The translations under genes and the position numbers were made by a program. A DNA stretch of 64,000 nucleotides from Octopus bimaculoides (Eukaryota), in the NCBI RefSeq assembly GCF_001194135.2, contig NC_068992.1, positions 30,688,056 through 30,752,055 of the forward strand, written 5' to 3'. Below, piece after piece: positions 25,307 through 36,740 of this stretch. How positions within the stretch are numbered: position 1 is the first letter of the stretch; each line of letters begins with the position of its first letter. Under the pieces are notes generated by a model that saw nothing but the letters and a program-made list of their open reading frames with translations, did no database searches and had not been told where the DNA came from.

Positions 25307-25474
25307 AATAATAATGATAATAATAACAGAGAAAAATACTATATTAATGAGAACCCAGGTTCAAAATTTCCCCCAAAACTCCTGATAAAAGCTGGAGGGT
25401 GTATCAGCCGAAACGTTGTTAACAACAAACAAGATGAGGATAAATATCCGTCAAATGTAAATAATGTAAATAAT
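25307..25474 (+). mobile_element. Inverted copy of the (AAT)n plus hammerhead-tail segment
   Basis: 25331-25472 is the reverse complement of about 24977-25119 with scattered substitutions. Confidence 0.85.
25378..25420 (+). ncRNA. Degenerate minimal type I hammerhead, right copy
   Basis: ACUC-CUGAUAA-A-AGCUG(GAGGGUGUAU)CAGCC-GAAAC-GUU-GUU. It retains CUGA and GAAAC; changes are G8A and loss of the G10.1-C11.1 pair. Confidence 0.6.
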
Positions 25475-26135
25475 GCATCTAAAATATTTGGTTAATATGA
25501 ACTATAAATAAGAATATGATAACGGTGAAATACTTAGAATAGTTTGCGTTAAATTCTAACATTAAATTCTAACCTTAAAATTCTAAGTCGGTTCTTGAAT
25601 ATTAGTTTTCTTGTTTCTGGGCAGAAAGGTTATTGAAAGTTAATTAAAAGAGGCTCTGACAGAAGATATCAAGAATTTTCAGCTCACATACTCATGTATC
25701 ACATGCCAAATAGACTTCTCGCTCAAGGGAGACAAGAATGTTAGATTCTATCATTGAAAAGATTAATATATATATAAATGCAGAATGTCTGAATACATAC
25801 ACATACACATATAAGCAAACACAGTAATAGACACATATATATTTATATATTATAGTCTGGGTCAAATAAAAATAATATCGTAGTATAATAGCGGAGGAAT
25901 GCGATGAAGAACATCTTCTATATAAAGTGAAATATTTTTAAAATTATTATTCTCAGTCCAAGGTTTTTAAAATGAATACTAAATTCTATTCACAACAATA
26001 ATAGAGATATATGAACATAGTACTGGCAGAGGGGTCCCAAGCCACATGTATCTGATTTGAATTGAGTAAACTTGCTCAATATAAACAATTTTTTTCAATA
26101 ACTGCGGCAAAAATGTTATAATTCAAGTTAGTGAC

Positions 26136-26190
26136 ATCGACTTATAATCGATATCGACTTATAATCGATATCGACTTATAATCGATATCG
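26136..26190. repeat. Perfect 17-bp tandem repeat (ATCGACTTATAATCGAT) x3.2
   Basis: Direct reading. Confidence 0.95.
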
Positions 26191-26547
26191 TATATGTATA
26201 TATGCGTGAGCATTGGTATCTCTGACTGCGCGTTACGCTTCAGACTGTATTTAAGTACATGTGTGTGTGTGGGTGTGTGTAAGTGTGTGTGTGTGTGTGT
26301 GTGTGTGTGTATCAGTGAATGTTTTAGATATTACCAATGAAATCGAGAAACAAAATTGTTTCTTTTTTTGAAGTGTTTCCTTTGCATGATTTGACCTGCA
26401 ACGTATCGCAAATACTCTTCTGGCACAGTCGACGTCAAAATTGAAGTGAAACAAGTTTCCATTAATTGGTATATACGATGTATTTGTGCAACACATCAGC
26501 TTAGTATAGGAATTTTAACTAAAACACGCTTGTGTACGAGTGCGTGA

Positions 26548-26548
26548 G

Positions 26549-26581
<33 letters not shown>

Positions 26582-26745
26582 ATAGCAGTAGTAATAGTAG
26601 TGGCGGTGGTGGTGGTGGTGGTGGTGCTGCTGCTGCTGATGATGGTTGTGGTGGCGGTGGTGGTGGTGATAGTGTTAGTGATGGTAGTAGTAGTATTAAT
26701 GGTTGTAATAGTAGTAGTAGGTGTAGTAGCCGCAGCAGCAGCCGC
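26548..26745. repeat. Compound (AGT)/(GGT)/(GCT) trinucleotide array
   Basis: Direct reading. Confidence 0.93.
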
Positions 26746-27935
26746 ATGTGCTGTTCTTACCACAGGTGCTTGCAGTGGAGGTGCTGTGCGTACAAAAGAC
26801 TGCATGCTCCTAATTATTCGAAATTTATGAATTCAGTTTATATTTCCACCTCACCTACTCATTCAGTCTACATGAAAAATAAAAAATTAAAGCTACGCGC
26901 TTATATAAAATATGATAGAGATTATAAACTGTATCTTCCGATGACCTTATTCTCTTGTTACTGATATTATAAAAGCTAGCAAGTCTATAGATCTTAATCA
27001 ATTCGAAGCAATTTTGCGTTTGTGTTTTTGACAATCTAACGTGCCTAATTAAGCGGTAGACATAAAATTAAAGTGAACTTCATGTAGCTTTAACCTTTAC
27101 GTTTGCTCCTTCGTTTTCCAATTATTCTCTTTTATTTTTCTGACACATTTCAAGTTCACGCATGTCATATTGAAGCAGGCGCACGAATAGATGCATGAAA
27201 ACCATACGCATACACGCACTGTACACGCATATGAACACTCAAAGAAACCGATGTGCTAATGCGCACGCATGACCGAGTACACAGGGCATAGTGCTTTACA
27301 AAATCCATGTATAAGGATACATGTGTCTGGGTGTGTGTATACATACCCGCATGCACACCCACGGACACACGCACACACGCACATACGCACACACGCACTC
27401 ACGGGATTGTTTAAAATTCCAACTATGTAGTATTAATCGTACTGCAAGAAGCACTAAGACGCACATATGTCCTTTCGGTATTTGTTTTACGAAAGTCTTG
27501 ATGAGAAATCAGAATTGTAAATTTGGGAGGTTTGTTCATCTAAATAAGTTCTTGCACTGGTTGCAACTTACGTTTAAACGCCCCAAGTAGTTAATCTATC
27601 AATTATTTAATGAATTTGTCAATTTAAATGCATCTCGTTAAAATCGAACTCGAATTCTTTCATCCTATTGATTCGCACAAACTAGCGTCTAATGCAAATA
27701 CGCAAACATATATTCTAATGCGTAGATATTAAAAACTTCAATGAAGGAAAGGATTGGAGAAAATTTTCTTTAAAAAAGGCAAAATAGGTGCAAGTAAAAT
27801 CTATGAAAAAATCTACATACATTAATTAAGCAATTATAATCTACAGTAAACTAAACAATACAAGCGTGTAAAAAATAATGTGAAAATGAGCTTAACAAAG
27901 TACGATGTGTATATTATACATATATACATACATAC

Positions 27936-28099
27936 AGGCGCAGGAATGGCTGTATAGTAAGTAGCTTGCTTACCACCCACATGGTTTCGGGTTCATTCCC
28001 ACTGCGTGGCACCTTGGGGAAGTGTCTTCTACTATAGCCTCCGGCCGACCAAAGCCTTGTGAGTGGATTTGGTAGACGGAAACTGAAAGAAGCCCGTCG

Positions 28100-28160
<61 letters not shown>

Positions 28161-28453
28161 NNNNNNNNNNNNNNNNNNNNNNNNNNNNNNNNNNNNNNNN
28201 NNNNNNNNNNNNNNNNNNNNNNNNNNNNNNNNNNNNNNNNNNNNNNNNNNNNNNNNNNNNNNNNNNNNNNNNNNNNNNNNNNNNNNNNNNNNNNNNNNNN
28301 NNNCATCGCTTGACAACCGATGCTGGTGTGTTTACGTCGCCGTAACCTAGTGGCTCGGCAAAAGAGGCCGGTAGAATAAGTTTTGAGGACGATTTGCTTT
28401 ACTAAATGTGGTGCTCCAGCATGGCTACAGTCAAATGACTGAAACAAGTAAAA
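27936..28453 (+). mobile_element. tRNA-derived SINE family 2 with CORE-like segment and internal (TA)/(TG) microsatellite (gap 28161-28303 inside)
   Basis: AGGCGCAGGAATGGCTG head, GGTTCATTCCC B-box-like motif, CACCTTGGGGAAGTGTCTT CORE-like motif, and tail CATCGCTTGACAACCGATGC...CAGTCAAATGACTGAAAC. Colinear with 60013-60488. Confidence 0.88.
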
Positions 28454-30544
28454 ATTTATATATATATATAATGTGTGTGTGTGTGTGTGTGTAAATTCTA
28501 AATATAGGGTAAAATTTGAATATTAATTTTCTACCAGTGGCTAACGTGAGTAACAATTTCCCTAGACTGCAAATATTATTATATTCTATGTGCGTATAAG
28601 AGTTATACACTGAAGGAAAGCCACTAAGTAGTTTTCCATCACGTTAGAAATGGGAGAAACCACGAAAAAGCTATTCATTTTTGCACATTGAATGTAGGAG
28701 GGTAAGACAATTTGAGAGAATTCAAAAATGATTATTCATGTACTTCGAAATTTCACCCTCAACGATTAAATACACTAATTAATTAATTAATTAATTAATC
28801 AATCAATGCATTAAACCATCTATAGTGGTTTGGAAAAAGAGCCCGTTAAAATAAGTACCAGGCTTATGAAAAAAAATATCTTCCCGTATGTCTTCTTAAA
28901 ATGCTTTAATCAGGATCCAATTTTGGTAATACGGGATACACATACGTGTTACAATACTTGGGATATTGCTGACCGTGACATGTACAGAATAGCAGTAATA
29001 TATTAGCTGTTGACACCTTACTCCTCTAATATGCTGCATGAATTTTTGAAAGTGGTCGTGATCACATCCTTTGAAATATATCGCAGTAGATGAATCTGTG
29101 TCGACACAAATGCGCAGTTTATTCGCCATCAAATGATATTGCAAGCTACGCGTTACACTTAACATTAAACAGAATATTCTTCCAGGTTTTATACATCTAC
29201 GGTGTGATTCTCCAACTTACATTACCACTGTGAATTCAGAGTTCGCCTAGTTAATTGCATTTTCGTATATATCTACAAGATGAGGGTATTTTGGAAAGCA
29301 GATGTGAGCAGTGTCTGGGTATTTAATACTAGTTTGGTACATGTTAAATGATACTAGGTAAAATTTATTTATCGGCACAATTAAAACAACTCTGATGTTG
29401 GCAAATTCTTCGCCTGCGTCGCTGCCTCGAATATTATACGGATGATTTCATGTATGTAAAAATTATAAATGACATTGTTTTGTCGGAAAGATCAACAACG
29501 TGCAATGATAGGCAGCTCTGTTCTAGAGTTTGGTATGATCGTCCATGTATATTTGTTTGTGTGTCTGGGGAAGAACATACGGAATACAAAGCTTCCGCAT
29601 TTCCGACAGAAACTAGCATATTTTATATTAGGTAGCTTCTGCTGCAGGGGTGATGCGTTTAAGAATTTCTTCATATCCAGGTGTTTTGTTTTTGGTAAGG
29701 TAGTTACATATCCGAAGAGTGTTATCTTTCTCGTGGTTAAAATTTTATAGATGAACTATTACAATTGTTTCCATGATTGGCTTGATATTTTCTATCAGCT
29801 AATGTGTCATGTCGGTGATATTTTCATATATCGTATCTTTCTTTAACCTTATCCTGTCTTTCTAGAAACTAGACAGAATCCGTCCGCTTCATCCCAACTC
29901 CAAGATACATCCCGCGCCCCTTAGAATTTAAGCTTTGTATAGTAAGAAATTTTGAGCAAGCGAATTTGGTACGTAAATATTTGATTTGAAAATTCAGTTT
30001 TGTTGAGATTCGAGACACAAGTAATAAAATAGTTAGCCTGGCATGGTTCTTCCATGAATTTTGAATTTGTTATTCATTCATAATATGGTATGTGGACAGA
30101 AATGTTAAAGCAATGGTTATGCTAATGAAAGACACACGGTAGGATCGAACAAAAGTCGAGTATCAGATAATTTCTATTAAAACCTAGTAAAACATTACGG
30201 AGATACTTTTATACGATTATTAAGAGGCATTTAAACCAACGGTAATATATAGTACAGAGAAATACTTCTATTCATCTTCTTTTTCTGGTCAATTTATATA
30301 CATCATAATACTGATATCAATACACGTCATATATTTCGGATAAACTGTTTTACTGTCAACGGTGGCTTATAAGAGAAATTGATACGAAAGTATTTAGATA
30401 ACCAATATAGAAAATTATTGTAAACATATGCATGCATAGGTATAAACGTACATATTCATACGTATACACACACATATATATATATATATATATATTCATA
30501 TATAAGCAAATATACATAAACTATATGACTAGAATTCGTTATCA

Positions 30545-31260
30545 GAGACTTTGAATGGCTTCATTAACGGCGGCGAGCTGCTAACACATCGATTCGGGGA
30601 TGATATTGTACATATCGCCGAAAAAACAAAAAAACAAAGCTCTTCAGTAGGCTTTAAAATAAACCGCATTAAAACGAAAACGCATGCTGTTTTTCGACGT
30701 AGTACAAGGTCGAGTTAGTAAAAGAATGAGTCTACTAAATATGGTACACAGTGACTATGCAGCAAGAATCGGATGCTGAAATCTCGAAGAGAATAAAAGC
30801 GGAACGGAAGGTATAGTTAAATCAAAGGACAATGATATATTCACCAGACCCTTCAATATCATCATTTTACCTGTTCACTTATATACAAGACCTGGGCTAC
30901 TACAAACAAGAGAGAAAATCGTTCGGCTTCGATGAAAAGGACAATGGTAACTCCGTGTTGGAAATAACAGTACGACCGACCATTCGAAGGGGGATAACTC
31001 GAGAACTATGCTGAGTGAACTATATTACACAATACCGAATGCACCAGTGTCTCTGCGCAGGATAAGTTGCAAGGTTTACAGACAACAGATGTCTCAGAGC
31101 ATGCAGATGTCGGGAGGTACACAACAGATCAGAGAAGGCCACGCGAACGATCTCCACAATGCTGGGAAGACGATTTAAATAAGCTAGTAGGGACAAAATG
31201 CAAGTGAATGTTGCAATAAGAAAATGTTGAAATCAAGAAAGTGTGGGAAGAACATTGTAA
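30545..31260 (+). mobile_element. Highly decayed RTE-clade LINE, 3' fragment
   Basis: ..INGGELLTHRFGDDIVHIAE.. (resembles LRFADDIVL), ..EISKRIK.., ..RPRERSPQCWEDDLNKLVGT.. (resembles RPRGRPPTRWEDDL). Confidence 0.65.
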
Positions 31261-31295
31261 GTAGCGAAGTATAAAACATCCCATGATCTCGTTAG

Positions 31296-31357
<62 letters not shown>

Positions 31358-31404
31358 TGCATGCATACATACATGTATATATATATATATATTATATGTA
31401 CACG

Positions 31405-31449
<45 letters not shown>

Positions 31450-31520
31450 GCGTATGTTTATATATATATATGTGTGTGTATATGTATGTATATATATGTG
31501 TGTATGTATACGCATATCTA
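31296..31520. repeat. (CA)n/(TA)n/(TG)n compound array
   Basis: Direct reading. Confidence 0.93.
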
Positions 31521-33312
31521 TACGGATGTATACCTGCATCTGCGTATATGAACTGCAGGAAATTCCTCTGAGATTGAGTATTCATAATCATAACATTTTA
31601 ACACTATCGTCGTAGTAAGTGCAAATGATAAATCATTAGATAAATAAAAACACTGTCAAACTTCACTATAGAAATAGCAATGCCTTTGCAAAATGCAGGA
31701 GTGTTTTCTGTCTGACTCTGTATATATAGATGCATATAATTTGATAGTTAGTTAAATATGTCACACTGTCGCCATAGAGTCCAATACGAAGAAGAAATTA
31801 ATTGTATGAATACACTTCTCTGAGGATAGACATAACAGTTCTAATTGCAGAGAAATTATTGACAACTGGCTATTAGAATGACGTATATATAAATCTACGC
31901 TGTGATATTTACCTTTATATTCATTCAGACATCTCTAAACGCAAACAGATATAGCGTCTAATGATATAAATTCTCATTTGAATGTGGTACAGACAAAGCG
32001 TGAACATGTGTATGTAGATTCATATATGTATATTCAAAATTTATCGAATCGGAAACTGTGTAGATCACAAGTTCGACTTTCATCTCTCATTTATTTTTTT
32101 ATTTAGGTTACCTACCGAGACCTAAATCTGTAAACAGTTACGATGCAATGCATAAAAGACTTATTTTCATGAAATAGTCAATTTGAGTATGATTATTGTA
32201 GTTATGCCGAAATATATGTATGCGTGCGAGTGTGGGTGGGTGAATGTGTGCGAGTGTGTGTATGAATATATGTATATGTAATACATATATATGTATGTGT
32301 GCGTGTATGCATGGACATACTCATATATACGTAAGCGCACACCTTTTTATGCAAAAAATAAACAGATTACCATGCTACGCAAGAGAATATCTATTTATAC
32401 AATTTCAAATAACACCCTGCAGAAACACATACGCACATACAAAGTCATACACTCACAAATGCAAGTATACGACGCGAAGACACGTCGAAGTTTTTACATT
32501 CTTTCGAACATTTGTGCCACTTACCAAAAATACTAATATCAATACTACAAAGAATCTTTCGCATTGCAATTACAAAGGGCAAAACAACTCACCCTCCCCA
32601 CTTCGCGCAAAAGAATACCTAACTCAGGTCTACACCAGCATTCTGGGTGCGATTTTAATTTCGAAAGTGCAGTTTCGCATTTGTTAGTGAATCTCGAGCT
32701 AGCATAGGTTAATATTTTAAATCCAACCGTACCTCGGTTTACTACAATAAGATTACCCTATGCATATTGAAGTTGCATGCAAAATAGAGAAGCATCAATG
32801 TGGTTAACAGCCGTGCAAGTGTATAAAAAATTTCTTAAAGTTTCATTTTCGTAAATTCACCTTCACCCCGGTTTTCGAAATAATGACACCCCCGACAGAA
32901 ATAAGAAAGGCAACCGCAGAGTTTTCCCATTTCTCGCAGGATACACACAGCAAAATATTAGGCAAATTCTTTGTTAATGACTAGTTGAAATATGGTTTGC
33001 ATAAATAGAATTCTTTTTTCTTTTCCATATTGTTGTAAACTTTTAGGTTTCAAATTCTTTCTAAGAGCAACACAGAACTTTTCACCCTTCCGGGGAAAAC
33101 TTGAAAACAATAAATCTTCAGTGTATGAATCTACTCAAATTCTTAGAACTGATTACTGCCCGCACCTAAAAAGATATCATAACATAGTCTCCTTCTTTTA
33201 TTAATTAATTGCAATTTCCTTTGCATCAGGACACATTTAGCAGTATTTTCATACAAAGAAAGACACGGGTCTTATGAAAATCAAAAAATAGCTGAAGAAA
33301 TCGCCACATATA

Positions 33313-33405
33313 TACTAGGGGGTACCCAAAAGAAACCGGAATGTTGTAATGTTAATCTCTTTGTTTGGCATATTTTAGACTTTTAGTGCCTTCACAGTAC
33401 GTAGC
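33313..33405. mobile_element. Possible mariner-type TIR fragment
   Basis: TA-CTAGGGGGTACCCAAAAGAAACCGGAAT resembles TA-CGAGGGG..CCCAAAA..AACCGGAAT mariner termini. No partner end found. Confidence 0.35.
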
Positions 33406-33436
33406 TGGTACTTATTATTATTATTATTATTATTGG

Positions 33437-33830
33437 GTGAGAGAGCAGCGCATTACCTTCCAGCTGGGTCCAAGTTAGAATTTTCGTGAGGTTGAGGAGC
33501 CCATTTCACTCAAAAGGTCCTTCATTAAGAGCTGTTTAATGATGTTGAACGAAACACCCATGTTTCCAAAGATGAATTATTCACTCTAAAGAATTCGTCC
33601 TAAAATATGACTGTGATTATCCCCCGTTACATCTGTTCGTGATCAGAAATGCACATATTGTCAGCCACCAGGAAACGTGCTCAACTGCTTCAGGTCAAAC
33701 ATCTGACTAGCACATCCTTGGTATTGAGCATAATATTTGTTGTTGTACAAGACGAAACATGTACTTGGTAAAACTTCCAATCAGTTAAGATCAGAAGCAT
33801 GAGAGCCAATGTCTGGTACTGCATCAGGAC

Positions 33831-33832
<2 letters not shown>
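33437..33832 (-). mobile_element. Non-coding repeat, copy 2 (family of 137-492), flanked by (TTA)n on both sides
   Basis: Matches 137-492 with an internal deletion of about 130 bp and extends about 120 bp further at the variable end. Confidence 0.72.
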
Positions 33833-33899
<67 letters not shown>

Positions 33900-33907
33900 C
33901 ATCATCA
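33833..33907. repeat. (TTA)n/(ATC)n microsatellite
   Basis: Direct reading. Confidence 0.96.
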
Positions 33908-33917
33908 TGTTATAAAT

Positions 33918-34080
33918 CGAAGAGCTCACAGAATCCTTAGCACGCCGGACGAAATGCTTAGTGGTATGTCGCCAGTCGCTACGATCTGAGTTGAAATTCC
34001 GCTGAGGTCGACTTTGCCTTTCATTCTTACGGGTCGATAAGACGAGAACTAGTGGAACACTGGGGTCAATATAAGTGGTA
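33918..34080 (+). mobile_element. SINE family 1 copy
   Basis: GAGCTCACAGAATCCTTAGCACGCCGGACGAAATGCTTAG...GAGGTCGACTTTGCCTTTCATTC...CACTGGGGTCAAT. Confidence 0.85.
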
Positions 34081-35481
34081 CTATTATGAAATTCATCAAA
34101 ATAAAATGGCATGTGTTACAAACGATTGTATTACTAGTGTAATATTAAGGTACGCGATGACGCGAAACAGTGTAATTCTAATATAATTATGTATATCACT
34201 TAAATTTCTATATATTTATAAATATAAGGCTTCGATGAAGTATTACGTCTACTAGCCACAGATTCATTTTATCTTATAATTTTAATAAATATATGAGAGA
34301 AGCTTACTGCGATTTATCAAGTAGAAGGCCGCACAATGTTTTTCATTTTTTAAAAAGCTTTATAAATTTGTAATATATATTTATGCCTACAGGTGCTCGC
34401 TTGTACATCTATCTAAGCATCAAATTGCTTCTCTAGTAATACCACAATATATAGGCTGTCGTCAACATGAACGCAGACATAATATATTGTATATACAGAT
34501 ATTTTATTTTCCATAACTAGTCGGTAATACCTTCATAGTGGTGATTCCATTTAATATTTTTCTAATAGAGTAAACCCAAATATTTTGGATTCGAATGTCT
34601 CAAAAGCATCTTTTCATTTACAATGTGTTATAATATGACTGTAATATATGTTATTGCCAAATATTTGAGTTTTCGGTAACAATGAATTTATGAGTGTACT
34701 AGAAAGTAAATTATATTGCTGTATCTATTAAAGATATGTACTTTGAACAAAAATAAAATTTGAAAAATGTTATCGTAGTGTTTTAATACAGCCATTCAAA
34801 GTACCGCTATTTCTGTCATTTGAGAGATAGTTCTACTACATGTAATGTAATTGCCACATAAACTCTTTTCGATACCTAGAAACATGTTATCGCAGATGGT
34901 TGCAAACTGTACACACCTTAAAGAAACATTCAAGATTGATATGTACACATATACACACACATACACACAATGCACTTACACTCATAGACAGAGATACATG
35001 TAGATATGCGTGTATATATGTACATTTATGTATGCATGTATACGTATATAAATGTGCATATGCGTGTATGTATGCGTGTGCGCGCGCTTGTATGTGCATA
35101 CACAGATATAGTTATGTTATGTTTAATGTATTTCTTTCTTGCCTTCAGGTATTGCCATTATCATTGTTTACTTGTCTCTTTGCACTAACAAATGCAAACG
35201 ACAGGTTAAAAAAACAGCGAATTGAAAACAAAGTCAAAATTTGAAATATCAAGCAAATAAGAAACACAATAGTATAAGAAATTCCTTCAAATAAATAAGA
35301 AACACTATAGTGTAAGAATGTTTCAGAAAATATGTTGCTTTAAACTAATAAGCAGAATGCGATATAAAATTTATAGAATTATTCATGTATGGATTTATAT
35401 AAATCGAGGCATGTTCATATTTTGGAAAACGTTCGCCTAAGTAGAACGTTCGCACATGTAAGATTAATATTCACGCAATGT

Positions 35482-35768
35482 AGGGCGGCGAGCTGGCAGA
35501 AATATTACCACGCCAGACGAAATGTTTAGTGGTTTTTTTTCGTCTGCCGTTACTTTCTAAGTTCAAATTCCGCCGAGGTCGACTTTGCCTTTTATCCTTC
35601 CGGCGTCGATAAATTAAGTAACAGCTACGCACGTCAAAGTCGGATGGTCATGATGGGTGTAGTGGGCTTCGTATATTTGAATCTTAGTGTCACTTTCAGT
35701 GCATGAACTGATCTCTCGATCAAGGACAATAATAATAATAATAATAGAAACACCGGGGTCGTTTAACA
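35482..35768 (+). mobile_element. SINE family 1 copy, apparently interrupted at 35632 by a nested insertion and resuming at about 35748
   Basis: GGGCGGCGAGCTGGCAGAA...GTTCAAATTCCGCCGAGGTCGACTTTGCC...TAAGTAACAGCTACGCAC | insert | AAACACCGGGGTCG. Confidence 0.75.
35633..35745 (+). mobile_element. 3' terminal fragment of the non-coding repeat (copy 3) with (AAT)n tail
   Basis: GGTCATGATGGGTGTAGTGGGC...GCATGAACTGATCTCTC resembles the minus-strand terminus of 137-492 (GGCATAATGGGTATTTTGGGC...GCGTGCGCTGCTTTCTC), followed by AAT x6. Confidence 0.5.
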
Positions 35769-35850
35769 AGTGAGAGCGATAAAACACATCGAAATCTATC
35801 CAAAAAGATCTAAATTAAAGACAACAAATGCAGCCTAAAATAACTGACAA

Positions 35851-36740
35851 AATTTTGGACTATATCCGACTAAGTAATACTCATTAATATTCATTTCTAT
35901 TTTTTTCGAATGAAATGATGTATTTGAACTCTGTATCATCTCCGTCACTTGCACAGGATGTGTAAGCACGCTCGCCACAATGACGAAGTGTTGGACTATT
36001 CCCGAGTAAGTAATACTCACTTAAAGTGTTGGACTATATCCGAGTGGGTAATACTTATTAAAATTTATTTCTACTTCCGAAATTAAATTAACTGTGTATC
36101 ATGTCAATCACTCGCACAACACATGTAAACACGCTCACCATATTAGGATCCAATCAACATCAGACGACTTTCGTCCCCAACCACCATGCACGAAAAATAA
36201 AAAATAAAAAATACAGTAATACCTATATTATTCAACCCAAGCATAACAAGCGAAAAACACGTACGTCGAACTTGTACACCAAAAGTACGAATAACTTTCT
36301 GTGTAAAACAATTTAACACCAAAAATGCACGGTCCGGCACCATACAAAAATGATGACCATCAAAATAAAGGGCCAGATGTTATTCCTCATGTCCTACGAA
36401 TAAAATAAAAAACGGCATAAATGGACACGTGAGGAATATATTTCATTCCTACACTCTTATTTTACAGTACCCACAGAATTAAAACACAAAATGTACATAT
36501 GAAATCTGGAAGAAAGGTAACTTTGATAAAGACGTTGATACCGCAATGAACCTCAATAAACTAGCTAACATACGGAGATGTATTCTTAAAACAAGCAAAA
36601 AAAAAAAAAACATCACAAAGAGAAATACAACACTTAAAAGGAAAGATGCACCAGGTAAACGTAGATAGTAACCACACAGCAATGTCAAATATTATCATAA
36701 GCACTGGGTCCGTAAAATACGAAGGCAAATGTGACACCGC
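35851..36740 (+). mobile_element. 5' fragment of R4/Dong family C (5' UTR with tandem units plus N-terminal coding)
   Basis: 36085-36740 aligns with the reverse complement of 17330-17975. It encodes ..KKRHKWTREEYISFLHSYF.. and ..DTAMNLNKLANIRRCILK.., typical R4/Dong N-terminal motifs. Confidence 0.8.

Noticed and set aside
28896-29165. 89-aa minus-strand ORF with protein-like composition
   Set aside because: No family motif recognised and splice signals are weak.
29632-29694. Possible 63-nt exon (TTAG|...|GTAAG) open in two frames
   Set aside because: Weak polypyrimidine tract, unrecognisable peptide, and no partner exons. It needs RNA-seq.
35851-36060. Spaced short repeats considered as a CRISPR-like array
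   Set aside because: Eukaryotic context, no unique spacers, no cas genes; explained as retrotransposon 5' tandem units.
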